In this document: positions 28,065 through 38,364 of the stretch, one piece after another | How positions within the stretch are numbered: the first letter of the stretch is position 1 | Layout: each line of letters starts with the position of its first letter | Origin: an uncultured Candidatus Saccharibacteria bacterium | Lineage (GTDB): Bacteria; Patescibacteriota; Saccharimonadia; Saccharimonadales; Saccharimonadaceae | NCBI GenBank assembly: GCA_963553885.1 | Contig: CAUVOY010000004.1 | Coordinates: forward strand, 1,683 to 65,682 | Length of the DNA: 64,000 nt | Reading direction: 5' to 3' | The notes under the pieces: generated by a model | Databases searched by the model: none | What the model saw: only the letters and a program-made list of their open reading frames with translations | Told to the model about the DNA's origin: nothing | Translations under genes and position numbers: made by a program

Positions 28065-30581
28065 CTAAACTTGCGCGGCATCAAATTCTTCTGCTGCCAT
28101 GGCTGCTATTTCTTCAATTATCGGCGCAGTATCTTTATCCGCCAAGGTTCGCTCGGCGCTAGTAAATTTGACACTCAAGGTTACGGTTTTTGTTGAATCA
28201 TCGTCCTTCGGCTGATAAATCGCAATTGGCGTGATACTAATTTGCAATTCGCGGTGTTTTTTCGCAACTTCCTCAGCGCACGCATACACCGACGCATAAT
28301 CAACCGCCGATTGCATCTTCAGCGATATATCCCGCGTCGTTGACGGATAGCGGCTCAGCGGCCGGTAATTATGTTCGCGATTTTCAGTCAGACAAACTTG
28401 CAATTTTTCAATGTCAAGCGAGAACGCCGCCGTGTAATCTGGCAGCTTGAAATTACGCCGCACTGCCTGAGATAATTCACCGACAATACCCAGCTTGTCA
28501 CCGTTTTTTGCGACAATCCAAGCACTACGCTGGCCGTCAAACGGCGCTGGAACATCAGCGTCCGACTCTGCTATTTTCACGAAATCAGCCTCAACGTTAA
28601 GATCCGCCAACAGTCTATCTACCAACTTCCTCGCCTTATAAAATGGCGCGCCGGCTCGCGGCTTTTTACTAGCGTAAACACCGTCGACAAACGTCTGCTC
28701 GCTCGGCAGATTCTCATTGGTAAGCGGCAATTCTTTATCGTGAATTTTGCCGATTTCAAATAGCATAAACTCATCATGTCCAGCCTTGATGTTGGCGTGA
28801 ACCTTATCCAGCAAACTCGGCAGCACGCTGGTGCGATAGTACTGCAAATCAGGGCTTAAAGCGTTGCTTAGCCGATAGGCGCGGCTCGGGTCTTGCTCGG
28901 CGTTTTTTAGGACACGCTCGTGGACGAAACTATAGGTCAAGACTTCATTGGCGCCAGCGCGCGATAGACTTTGGCGAATCGCTTGCTTGAGCTGGCGGCG
29001 CGGATTCCTCAGCGCTGGCTTGATACTGCGCATTGGTAATTGGCGAGGAAGTTTGTAAAAACCGTAGAGCCGACCAACTTCTTCGACAATGTCCTCCGGT
29101 AGTTCAAGATCGGTGCGCCAAAATGGCGATTGGATGCAAATATAATTCAATTCTTCTTCCGGACCATGACTCTTTATTTCCACGTTATTCAACAAGTCGC
29201 AAATATTATCGTCAGACAAATCCAAACCTAATCTCTCATTGATAAATTTACTGTCGATATCAATATTAGCTGGCGTATATTTTCCATCAAAATAATCATC
29301 GAGCTCGTCACTAAATTGCTTCAAATCAAACACTTCACTCGCCTGCACCCCGCCAACCATACCCATCAACTGTTTCAGTACGGCAGCATTTTGTAGCGGC
29401 GACTGACCTTTGTTGAACCGCGTCAGCGCGTCAGTGAAAATACCGTGGCGCATGGCGGTGCGACGCAGTGCATACATGTCAAAATTAGCGCATTCCAAAA
29501 CGATGTTTTTTGTGCCATCAGAAACCTCGGTATCAGTACCGCCCATAATTCCCGCCAGGCCAATCACGCCCTCACCATCAGCGATGACGATGTCGTCCGT
29601 CGTCAGCTCATATTCCTTGCCATTGAGCAGACTGACTTTCTCGCCATCACGAGCCATCCGCGCCTCGAGTGTAGACCTACGCAATTTGTCATAATCATAG
29701 GCATGCGTTGGCTGCGCCGTCATGAGCATCATGTAATTCGTAGCATCGACAATATTATTAATCGGCTTACCGCCCATCGCCACCAATTGACATTGCAACC
29801 ATAGCGGGCTTGGCTGCACAGTAACGTCACGAATCGCTACTGCCATAAAGCGCGGCACTAATTCTGGCACATCATTGATGACCGTTAAATCCAAACCCTC
29901 AGCACCTGTGAATTGCTGGACTGACTTATACCAATCCGGACTAGTAAACTGCTGATGAAAAATCCCAGCAATCTCACGCGCCGCACCGAGTTGACCAAAG
30001 CAGTCCGGCCGGTGAGTAAACATCTTATTTTCAATATCCAGCACGTAGTCGTCCAAGCCAAACGTTTCCGCGAAACCCGCATCCGACGCTAGTTCAACTC
30101 CCGCCGGCACGTCGTGCTCATGAATCTCAATAATTCCTTCATGATCCGTGCCGATATCCAGCTCGTCCGCCGCTGCCAACATACCTTGGCTGAGTACGCC
30201 GCGCAGTGACCGCGCAGCCAACACAAACGGCTCGTCGTCATCAAAACTCGCCGGCACCGTGCTCTTCGGCGGCAACCAAATCGCCCACATATCCGCATGC
30301 ACATTCGGCGCGCCGCAGACCACCTGCACCAGCCCGTTCTCATCGCGCGGCACATCCGCTACCACGCCGCCATCATCAATCTTGGTTACGCTCAGCCGAT
30401 CAGCATCGGGATGTTTGGCGCATTCAACCACCCGAACAATTCGCGCGCCACCATATTTGGACTTCAGGTCGATCACTTCTTCGATGCCTCCAAGCTGCTG
30501 ATTGACCCGCGTCACCAACTCGTCTATTGGCGGTAATTCAAAATTAATCAATTGTTTGATAATATTTAGGCTGACTTTCAT
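28065..30581 (-). CDS. pheT: Phenylalanine-tRNA ligase beta subunit
   Basis: HPDADRL, VVCGAPN, INNIVDATNY, EEVGRLYG, FDX-ACB C-terminus. Confidence 0.96.
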   Translation of the reverse strand: MKVSLNIIKQLINFELPPIDELVTRVNQQLGGIEEVIDLKSKYGGARIVRVVECAKHPDADRLSVTKIDDGGVVADVPRDENGLVQVVCGAPNVHADMWAIWLPPKSTVPASFDDDEPFVLAARSLRGVLSQGMLAAADELDIGTDHEGIIEIHEHDVPAGVELASDAGFAETFGLDDYVLDIENKMFTHRPDCFGQLGAAREIAGIFHQQFTSPDWYKSVQQFTGAEGLDLTVINDVPELVPRFMAVAIRDVTVQPSPLWLQCQLVAMGGKPINNIVDATNYMMLMTAQPTHAYDYDKLRRSTLEARMARDGEKVSLLNGKEYELTTDDIVIADGEGVIGLAGIMGGTDTEVSDGTKNIVLECANFDMYALRRTAMRHGIFTDALTRFNKGQSPLQNAAVLKQLMGMVGGVQASEVFDLKQFSDELDDYFDGKYTPANIDIDSKFINERLGLDLSDDNICDLLNNVEIKSHGPEEELNYICIQSPFWRTDLELPEDIVEEVGRLYGFYKLPRQLPMRSIKPALRNPRRQLKQAIRQSLSRAGANEVLTYSFVHERVLKNAEQDPSRAYRLSNALSPDLQYYRTSVLPSLLDKVHANIKAGHDEFMLFEIGKIHDKELPLTNENLPSEQTFVDGVYASKKPRAGAPFYKARKLVDRLLADLNVEADFVKIAESDADVPAPFDGQRSAWIVAKNGDKLGIVGELSQAVRRNFKLPDYTAAFSLDIEKLQVCLTENREHNYRPLSRYPSTTRDISLKMQSAVDYASVYACAEEVAKKHRELQISITPIAIYQPKDDDSTKTVTLSVKFTSAERTLADKDTAPIIEEIAAMAAEEFDAAQV

Positions 30582-30599
30582 ATATATCAGTATACCATT

Positions 30600-31106
30600 C
30601 TAATCAATGGTATAGTCAAACACCTTAACAGGAATACCTTTTTCCTGAGCTTGATCAATTGTAAACGTCGTGCCAGGGCTATAGTTGACCCGAAACGCCA
30701 CCAATTCGTCCGCCAAAGCAACGATCTGACAGTTACGCGCATGAAATGACTCGGCATTAACTTCGGTAAATTCGGTGGTATCGTACAGCACGCCAGATCG
30801 ATTCTTGGCGATATCCCGCAAAAGAGCGATCGTCGCAATCGCATCATCCTGGCGGCATTTGCCGTCGGCCGCGCGATCATACAATGCTTGGCAGTATAGC
30901 TCCAGCTCCACTGGCAAAAAGATTCGAAACCGCGCCGCCTCCAAACCGTATTCATACGCTAGCCGAGCCGCCTCGTGATCAGCACCAGTCGCGCCACCCG
31001 ACACAATCCCGCTACCCTCAGTAATCTTTTGCCCAACAAAACGCTCAATATCACGGCGAATTATGTCGTTCACTTCGCGCGTACCGACAACTGCAAGCCA
31101 TTTCAT
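30600..31106 (-). CDS. SLOG/DprA-like Rossmann-fold protein
   Basis: AVVGTR, IVSGGATGAD, ARN, SPGT. Confidence 0.75.
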   Translation of the reverse strand: MKWLAVVGTREVNDIIRRDIERFVGQKITEGSGIVSGGATGADHEAARLAYEYGLEAARFRIFLPVELELYCQALYDRAADGKCRQDDAIATIALLRDIAKNRSGVLYDTTEFTEVNAESFHARNCQIVALADELVAFRVNYSPGTTFTIDQAQEKGIPVKVFDYTID

Positions 31107-31235
31107 ATTCGCCCTTTCCTACGCCCCTTTCGCTTATACCACGTACTGTATCACAGCGAAGCCAGCACGTCCAGCAGGCTGGGATTATTGCAACACGTCC
31201 TTGCCCAGACTCCACCTCCAAAGTATAGTAATAAT

Positions 31236-31643
31236 ATGGCTAAGATTGTCGCAAAGGCGCTGGTGCGGAACTCTGAAGGGTTATATTTGGTACTACATAG
31301 AGGTAATACGCATCCGCGGTTCCCTGGGCATATTGATTTTCCTGGCGGAGAGGTTGAGCCGGAAGAAACACCGGAAGTAGCGGTCGCGCGCGAAATACAG
31401 GAAGAAACGGGACTGTCCGTTGATCCAAATAAATTGAAGAAGCTATTTGCCAAACAATACCGGCAAACGACGCATATATTATTTGAGGCAAAGCTCACCG
31501 AACCGGACGCGAAAGTCGCTTTAAGTTGGGAACATAAAAGCTACCGATGGATAACGCCGGAAGAATTGAAGTCCCTGCCTAAATTCCCGGGCGCCGACCC
31601 GTATTATATGGAGGTGGTGGATTATTTAACCCGTGAAAGCTAG
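31236..31643 (+). CDS. NUDIX hydrolase
   Basis: PGGEVEPEETPEVAVAREIQEETGL Nudix box; start set at ATG 31236 after TATAGT. Confidence 0.9.
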   Translation: MAKIVAKALVRNSEGLYLVLHRGNTHPRFPGHIDFPGGEVEPEETPEVAVAREIQEETGLSVDPNKLKKLFAKQYRQTTHILFEAKLTEPDAKVALSWEHKSYRWITPEELKSLPKFPGADPYYMEVVDYLTRES

Positions 31644-31759
31644 GTGTAATTAGCAATTTTATAGCAATAATCCCCAAAGCGCTTCGCGGTGTGTCAGCGG
31701 TTGAGTTGTCAAGGAAATATAAAACCTCTGCCGTATAGAGCCTTTCGTCACACCGTTTG

Positions 31760-32410
31760 CTATTGATTCATTTTAACCGCCGCTAATTTATCCTTATGTT
31801 CATCAAGTTTGGAGAAATCGATATCACTAAACTCCTCAAATCCGCCCTTTTTCAAATGAGAAGGCTGCAGTCCCAATATCCTTTTCATAAACGAAATGAC
31901 AGTTCCATGGGATACAATTGCGATGGTATTATTTTTAAAGTTACGTTTTCGGACATCGTCCAAAAACTCGCATAATCTCAACTCCAGGCTATATTTATTA
32001 TCACCATATTGCCCAAACCTAACGAAAAAATCTCCTGCCGCTTGCCTGGTGCGTACCGCATCAAGTTCTGGATTATTAGGTTTTCCATCATATTCACCCC
32101 AATCAATTTCTCTGATTCTATTATCAATAATTACCTCTGCACCTGAAACTTTCATAATTTCCTTAGCTGTTTGCAGCGTACGAATCAGTGGCGATGAGTA
32201 TATCTTATCAATCTCCAGTGGCAGCTTACTTACCGATTTGGTAACTTGGCGAAAACCCGCCTCCGTCAGCACGGAGCATCGTATCTCTTTGCAAGACAAA
32301 ACGCCCCTGACGTTATCCACAGCCTCGCCATGCCGCATAAAGATTATATTCACGCAGGTAATTCCTTTCTGGGTTGGTTTGCTGGTTTGATTATATATGA
32401 TTTTTAGCAT
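31760..32410 (-). CDS. Histidine phosphatase family protein (start uncertain)
   Basis: RHGE, SSPLIRTLQTA, VSHG. Confidence 0.88.
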   Translation of the reverse strand: MLKIIYNQTSKPTQKGITCVNIIFMRHGEAVDNVRGVLSCKEIRCSVLTEAGFRQVTKSVSKLPLEIDKIYSSPLIRTLQTAKEIMKVSGAEVIIDNRIREIDWGEYDGKPNNPELDAVRTRQAAGDFFVRFGQYGDNKYSLELRLCEFLDDVRKRNFKNNTIAIVSHGTVISFMKRILGLQPSHLKKGGFEEFSDIDFSKLDEHKDKLAAVKMNQ

Positions 32411-32553
32411 TACTAGCTAAATAATCACACAGCCACATACTATGAGGTGTACGATAGTCAGAAAAGAACTGCGTGAATTTTTATAACACGACAAGATATG
32501 GAGTTTGCAGATGGATTAGTTTAATACTAGATAAGAACCCGAAAGGCCACCAA

Positions 32554-33133
32554 ATGACCAAAAAAACTACTAGAAATCGAACGCAAACGCCAGCTAACTA
32601 CCAATATTGAAGAACTAATCGGGCGGTTGCAAGACGTCGGTTTTAAGCTACAGAGTGATTTCCACGAAATTGATACGTATTATTCTCGTCCTGATGTCGA
32701 TTTCATGCAGACGGTTGAATGTTTGCGGATTCGACAGCGCGATGGTTTTGCTGAGGTGACATATAAACCAGCGACGACGACTGCTACACATACGAAAAAC
32801 GATGTGATCATTAAGCCCGAGACAAACTTGCCGATTCAGCCCGGGGACGCGGCAATCGCCAAACAGCTATTGACAAGCCTCGGCATGGTGCAGATGGTCG
32901 ATGTCAACAAATACCGGCGATCGTTCCAGTCCTCTGATTTTCCGCAGGCAACAGTGGCTATAGACGAAATCAAAGACGCTGGGACGTTTGTGGAAGTTGA
33001 GGTTTTGTCAGACGATGAGACTGATGCGCTGGCGATGATTAATGACGTCGAAACTAAACTCGGCCTTGAGTCGGCAGAAGTTGTGATGCAGCCTTATCGA
33101 GATATTTGTATCAATCGCAAACCCCCTATATAA
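32554..33133 (+). pseudogene. CYTH (class IV adenylate cyclase-like) gene with a frameshift in an A7 run
   Basis: EIERK motif is in the main frame upstream of TTG 32627, but ATG 32554 is out of frame by one A; LRIR, K.R and FVEVE motifs. Confidence 0.75.
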
Positions 33134-33137
33134 AATA

Positions 33138-33719
33138 CTACTGTTTGGCATCTCTATTGTCAGCGGCTTTTATACTCGCTTTTGAACCGTCGCGAAACGT
33201 AGCCTCTATCTTAACAAAGACATCTTTCGGATTGATATCGTTTTGATCAAAAGTTATTTTACCATGCTTAGGATCAATAAAAATTTGTGACTTATACTTT
33301 GCACCCTTTTTACCAGCATAGATCACTATCTGCTCACCCTTTTTCTCGCTATTCATCACTTGAGTAGTTACAAAATAGTCGCCACTCTCTGTTTTAACCT
33401 TTGCTTCCTTACTAGCTGGAACAAGATATCCGTCAATATCAAAATATTTTGCTTCTTGGTACTTCTTTGATTCAATTTTCCTGCGTATATATTCTCTTAT
33501 TTCCCCCGGCGTTCTATCTAGAACTATTATATGAGGCCCCTCTGGACATTTTAGTTTCATAATCGGTTTTGAGTTATAATACTCATCATACTCACGCTCT
33601 TCGTCAACCACTAATTTATGCTTAGCACAAATTATAGTCATGTTATCATTCCTATCTAAGAGTATATCCTCACCGTAAGAAACTAATTCTGGTTGAATTA
33701 TCTCCCATTCTGGTTCCAT
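33138..33719 (-). CDS. Hypothetical protein, AT-rich
   Basis: 193-aa ORF directly downstream of pheS. Confidence 0.65.
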   Translation of the reverse strand: MEPEWEIIQPELVSYGEDILLDRNDNMTIICAKHKLVVDEEREYDEYYNSKPIMKLKCPEGPHIIVLDRTPGEIREYIRRKIESKKYQEAKYFDIDGYLVPASKEAKVKTESGDYFVTTQVMNSEKKGEQIVIYAGKKGAKYKSQIFIDPKHGKITFDQNDINPKDVFVKIEATFRDGSKASIKAADNRDAKQ

Positions 33720-33727
33720 AATAGTTC

Positions 33728-34771
33728 CTAAAACTGCTCCAAAAAGTCCAGCTTGCCGCTCTCAAAATGCCGCACGTCCTCGATGCCGTATTTCATCATC
33801 ACCAAGCGGTCGATACCGCAGCCAAAGGCAAAGCCAGTGTATTCGTTCGGATCGATGTCAGCAGCTTTCAGCACATTCGGGTGGATCATGCCGCAGCCTA
33901 ATAGCTCAATCCAGCCCTCGCCTGAGCAAACTTTACAATCTGGATTTTTGCCTTCACAGAATGGGCAGCTCAGCGCAAATTCAAAGCTCGGCTCGGTGAA
34001 CGGGAAATAAAATGGATTGACGCGCACATCAAGTTTCTTGCCGTAATATTCTTGCAAAAACTCCTGCAAGGTGGCGATCAGATTGCCGACGTTGACGCCC
34101 TTGGCGACATACACGCCTTCGACTTGGTAGAACGTGTGCTCGTGCCGCGCGTCCAGGTCTTCGTTGCGGAACACCCGGTCGGGTACAATAGCCGCTATCG
34201 CCTCACTGTTTCGCAAATTGCCATGATATTTTTTCAACACGCGGTTTTGCATAGTCGAGGTGTGCGCCGGGGCAATCAAGCGGTCGCCATTAGCATCAGT
34301 CTCCTCGGTCATGAACGTGTCATAATCATCGCGCGCTGGATGGCCTTTCGGGAAATTCAAGCTCTCAAACATGTGGAATTGGTCATCAATCTCACGCGAC
34401 TCTTCCGTCACAAAGCCCATGCGATTGAAAATGTCAGAAATGCGATCAATCTCGGCACTCAGCGGGTGAATCGTACCACGCTCACTCGGCAGCAATTCAG
34501 GCTGTAGGGCATTGACGTCCATCGGCGCTGTCACGTCAATTGGCGGCAGATCAACCTTTGATAATTCAGCTTCACGAGCCGTAATCGCCCGCTCCAACTC
34601 CTGCTTCAGTTCATTAACTTTCTTACCAAACGCCCCGCGCTCCTCGGCTGGTAACGTCGCAATAATGCCATATAGTTCCCGCAGCTCTGCGCTCCGCAAC
34701 ACGCTACGCGGTTCAGCTATTTCGGCTACGCGTGATAATAATATTGATCGAACTTCATCCAACTTTTCCAT
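33728..34771 (-). CDS. pheS: Phenylalanine-tRNA ligase alpha subunit
   Basis: HPARD, HTS, FYQVEG, YFPFTEPS, GFAFGCGIDR. Confidence 0.97.
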   Translation of the reverse strand: MEKLDEVRSILLSRVAEIAEPRSVLRSAELRELYGIIATLPAEERGAFGKKVNELKQELERAITAREAELSKVDLPPIDVTAPMDVNALQPELLPSERGTIHPLSAEIDRISDIFNRMGFVTEESREIDDQFHMFESLNFPKGHPARDDYDTFMTEETDANGDRLIAPAHTSTMQNRVLKKYHGNLRNSEAIAAIVPDRVFRNEDLDARHEHTFYQVEGVYVAKGVNVGNLIATLQEFLQEYYGKKLDVRVNPFYFPFTEPSFEFALSCPFCEGKNPDCKVCSGEGWIELLGCGMIHPNVLKAADIDPNEYTGFAFGCGIDRLVMMKYGIEDVRHFESGKLDFLEQF

Positions 34772-34772
34772 A

Positions 34773-35009
34773 TCATCGTCCCTGCATTAAAAACATACCG
34801 ACAACCACCGCTGCCATAATGATAATTAAAATCCAAGCTGGCGCCAGCGTCGTCGTTTGCTTCGTATCTTCCAAATATTTCACATCTTCCACGCCGTCCA
34901 AGCTGGCTTTTTCCTGCAATCCCGACGCTTTCGCCTTTTCGCGTAGTTCCGCCGCAATGCGCTCTTGCAGTTCGCTGCGCTGATCGTTTTGATTCACAAA
35001 TAATCCCAT
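34773..35009 (-). CDS. Small membrane protein
   Basis: 'RSELQERIAAELREK' plus C-terminal TM; TATACT just upstream. Confidence 0.75.
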   Translation of the reverse strand: MGLFVNQNDQRSELQERIAAELREKAKASGLQEKASLDGVEDVKYLEDTKQTTTLAPAWILIIIMAAVVVGMFLMQGR

Positions 35010-35066
35010 GACTATAGTATAACAAATTATGCTATAATAGTTGCAATACTATTTTAAGGAGGGAGT

Positions 35067-36011
35067 ATGGCTACGAAGAAAACTTCAAAGAAAGCCCCGG
35101 TTAAAGCCAAAGTAAAGAAGACTGCTGTCGCTAAGACCGAAACCAAAACGACTGTTAAGCGAGTCGTTACCGAATCTGTTGCGGCCAAGAGTGAACGCAC
35201 CAAATTAGATTCTAAATTACCAAACAACTTAATCAACATCGTCATCGCGGAGATCGTTGGCACGTTTATCCTAACGCTAGCAGCGCTATTTTCTGCCAGT
35301 ATCTTAGCGCCGTTTTACGTGGGATTGGCTTTGATGCTGATCGTTATGGCAATTGGCGGCATTTCCGGCGCGCACATTAACCCAGCCGTCACTTTCGGAC
35401 TCTGGTCAATGCGCAAACTAAAAACCGTCCTCGTGCCGTTCTACTGGGGTGCACAATTCCTCGGCGCAATGGCAGCTGTTGTGTTGATTGGCGGTATGAC
35501 AGAAGGCGGATTCTCAGTTCGCTTTGATCAATTCATGAACTTCTCATGGAGTATTTTCGCCATTGAGATGATCGGTACGGCAATATTTATGTTTGGTCTT
35601 GCCGCGGTATTATCGCGCACTAACCTTAAACTAGCTGGACGATCTGTTGGAATTGGTATGGCGCTGGCGATTGGTTTGGTCGTATCAAGCACTCTGCTAA
35701 GCTACGTCCAGAATGCAGTATTTGTTAAGCATACAAAAACCGCGAGTTCAGCCCAGAAAACAGAAGAAGGCGCATATAAGAATTATCCGCGGGAGGTCCA
35801 TATCGGCGGCGCAACGCTGAACCCAGCTGTTGCTTTGGCAGTAACCGAGAAAACCGATACTCAGATCCAAAGCAGTAATCCGCTAACAGCTGAAAATGAA
35901 AAAAGCTATTCGCGGCTTAGCTTGGAGGTTATCTCTGCAACACTCATTGGCGCAGCGCTCGGCGGCAACTTGTTCTTACTGGTAAATTACCGTAATAAAG
36001 ACGAAGAATAA
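35067..36011 (+). CDS. MIP/aquaporin family channel
   Basis: SGAHINPAVT and second LNPA motif. Confidence 0.9.
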   Translation: MATKKTSKKAPVKAKVKKTAVAKTETKTTVKRVVTESVAAKSERTKLDSKLPNNLINIVIAEIVGTFILTLAALFSASILAPFYVGLALMLIVMAIGGISGAHINPAVTFGLWSMRKLKTVLVPFYWGAQFLGAMAAVVLIGGMTEGGFSVRFDQFMNFSWSIFAIEMIGTAIFMFGLAAVLSRTNLKLAGRSVGIGMALAIGLVVSSTLLSYVQNAVFVKHTKTASSAQKTEEGAYKNYPREVHIGGATLNPAVALAVTEKTDTQIQSSNPLTAENEKSYSRLSLEVISATLIGAALGGNLFLLVNYRNKDEE

Positions 36012-36027
36012 GACGCTTATACACTAA

Positions 36028-36058
36028 CAAACCCTCCGTTTTAAGCGGAGGGTTTTTA
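36028..36058. terminator. Bidirectional terminator
   Basis: AAACCCTCCG...CGGAGGGTTT between convergent genes. Confidence 0.75.
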
Positions 36059-36077
36059 TTTACACTATAAGTAATAT

Positions 36078-37148
36078 TTATTCTTCCTGCGCCGGTCGGT
36101 CGATTAACTCTGGCTGCGTTTGATAATCACCACCAGCGATTCGCACCACGTCTTTATCAATCTTACCCAGCTCTTTATACGAATTATTATAGTGCCCAAC
36201 GGTGGTGCTGAGACTCTTGCCCATCTTGGTCATCAGTTCATCAAACTTTTTAATATGCACACCCAGCTGGCCGACACGCACCTGAATGTCCTTGGCCTGC
36301 TCCTCAATTTGTAGACTCCTCAGACCCTGCAGCACCGTCTGCAAATACGCCAAAAAGCTGGTCGGACTGACAATGATCACCCGCTTGTCACGAAAGGCAT
36401 ATTCGATCAAATCGCGGCTCGAACCGCCCGCACCGACATTGTTGATAAGTAAGTCATAATACAGCGACTCACTTGGTATAAACATAAAAGCAAAGTCCAT
36501 GGTATGCTCACGCGGGCGGATATATTTGCTGGTTTCGTCGATGCGCCCCTTCAGGTCAGCTTTTACCTTGTTCAGCCACAGCTCACGCTCGGCTTTGGTC
36601 TCAGCGTTGATCATCCGGTTGTAATTTTCCAGGCTAAATTTACTATCCACCGGCAAAATCTGCCCCTTGTCCAAAAAAATCACCGCATCAACAATCTCGC
36701 CGTCCTTGAAGCGATATTGCATCTGAAACTGCTTGGCAGGTAGCACGTTGTCCAGCACGCTCTCTAAGTAAAATTCGCCAAACACGCCGCGCTGCTTCGG
36801 GTTTTGCAAGACGTTCTGCAGGGTTTTTAGGTCAGTCGCCACGTCAACCACCCGCTTATTCGTTTCATCCAACTTGGCCAGCCGCTGTGTTACGTCCGCC
36901 ACCAATTTGGCGCTTTCCGATAGCTGCTTTTGGACCGAGGTTTGCACCTGAGCGTTACTACGCTCAAGTTTATCGCTGACTGATTCATTCAGCTTGGCGA
37001 TAGTTCGCCCCAGCTCCACCACGTCAGTTTTGATGAGCTCGACCGATGACTGCTGCTTCAGCTCGCCGAGCTTTGACTGCAGCACGAACAACGTCGCGCT
37101 CAAACCCATAACGATAATAACTAAGAGAATAATGATAATGATTTCCAT
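36078..37148 (-). CDS. rmuC: DNA recombination protein RmuC
   Basis: RGVFGEFYLE, VDSKF, FAFMFIPSE, IVSPT. Confidence 0.92.
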   Translation of the reverse strand: MEIIIIILLVIIVMGLSATLFVLQSKLGELKQQSSVELIKTDVVELGRTIAKLNESVSDKLERSNAQVQTSVQKQLSESAKLVADVTQRLAKLDETNKRVVDVATDLKTLQNVLQNPKQRGVFGEFYLESVLDNVLPAKQFQMQYRFKDGEIVDAVIFLDKGQILPVDSKFSLENYNRMINAETKAERELWLNKVKADLKGRIDETSKYIRPREHTMDFAFMFIPSESLYYDLLINNVGAGGSSRDLIEYAFRDKRVIIVSPTSFLAYLQTVLQGLRSLQIEEQAKDIQVRVGQLGVHIKKFDELMTKMGKSLSTTVGHYNNSYKELGKIDKDVVRIAGGDYQTQPELIDRPAQEE

Positions 37149-37166
37149 ACTCTTAGTGTACAGGGA

Positions 37167-37661
37167 TTACAGAGACAAGACAACTCGCGCCAATAGGACG
37201 AATATAGCAACGAATAAAATTGCTGCCGCATTACCGCGAATACGATTAATCCAAATAACCGCCAAATACACCAAGGTTGACGCTGCAATAGTCCATAGAA
37301 TTGAAGTTGTCCATAGCCCGCTCGTCCATAAATTAGTCCCCCATAGAGCAATAGTCGCCGCTATCACAACAACCAGCGGACGCTTGATTCCAAACATAAT
37401 TAGCAGCGGCACCATCATTATACCGACCAAAACCAGTGCAATATACGACGACCAAGCAGCACTATTCACGCACATTGAAGCCTGGTCTGTCGACGAGCAA
37501 AAAACCGGCGTTAGCATCATCCTGTCAAACGCCAGTGCTAACAGCCAGATTATGACGCCATTGGCTGCCGCCAGCGCTAAAATACGCAGGAAAGTACCTC
37601 TTGATAATGGATAAGTATATTCTGATAGCTCTTGCTGGAAAATCTTTGGCATTGAACTCAT
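37167..37661 (-). CDS. Hypothetical membrane protein
   Basis: Multiple hydrophobic segments. Confidence 0.7.
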   Translation of the reverse strand: MSSMPKIFQQELSEYTYPLSRGTFLRILALAAANGVIIWLLALAFDRMMLTPVFCSSTDQASMCVNSAAWSSYIALVLVGIMMVPLLIMFGIKRPLVVVIAATIALWGTNLWTSGLWTTSILWTIAASTLVYLAVIWINRIRGNAAAILFVAIFVLLARVVLSL

Positions 37662-37710
37662 GTAGAAATTGTAACGTAAACTTGAGAAAATTGCAAATGT
37701 ATATATTTAA

Positions 37711-38193
37711 TTATAAGCGTTTTGCTATCAAATTAAAGTTAGGCACATACCACACAATGCCAACACACGCAATTAGCAAGCCCCCCGCCACATCCAGAGG
37801 CGTATGCACCAGAGCAATCACTCTTCCGACGCACACCAGCAGGGTCAGTATCAGGCAAATTACGGCTAGTTTTTTATTTTTCGCCTCAAACCAGACCGCT
37901 AAAGTAATCGCCATCGTAAATAAGGCATGATCAGAAGGAAAACCCGGATTATTTAAAAACGACGCGCCAGCCGACACGCCCAAAACCTCAAACGGACGGA
38001 GTTGTTCCGGCTGATACACTGCCCCGATAATTTTTGCTACTATATACGCCGTCAATCCTGCCATTAAAACGCGCAAGTATGCTTGATATTTCTCATCGTT
38101 TGGTATCGTTTTAAGCAAAGCATACGCCCCAATCAACGCCACCGGAATAACTAAGCCGTCAGCGATTAGCTTCACTATTAATTGTAAATCCAT
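37711..38193 (-). CDS. PAP2-family phosphatase
   Basis: RP, FPSDH, RVIALVHTPLDV. Confidence 0.88.
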   Translation of the reverse strand: MDLQLIVKLIADGLVIPVALIGAYALLKTIPNDEKYQAYLRVLMAGLTAYIVAKIIGAVYQPEQLRPFEVLGVSAGASFLNNPGFPSDHALFTMAITLAVWFEAKNKKLAVICLILTLLVCVGRVIALVHTPLDVAGGLLIACVGIVWYVPNFNLIAKRL

Positions 38194-38272
38194 AGCTTCA
38201 GTATATCGCGTTAGAGCTTATACGTAAACGCTTGCCAGAATATTTTTTCTATAGTACAATGATAAACATCAT

Positions 38273-38347
38273 TGGGATGTCGCCAAGTGGTAAGGCACCG
38301 GGTTCTGGTCCCGGCATTCGGGGGTTCGAATCCCTCCATCCCAGCCA
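38273..38347 (+). tRNA. tRNA-Gln(CTG)
   Basis: Cloverleaf with CCGGG-TTCTGGT-CCCGG anticodon arm and CCA; TTGCCA-17-TACAAT upstream. Confidence 0.96.
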
Positions 38348-38364
38348 AGATGACAAACATACGA

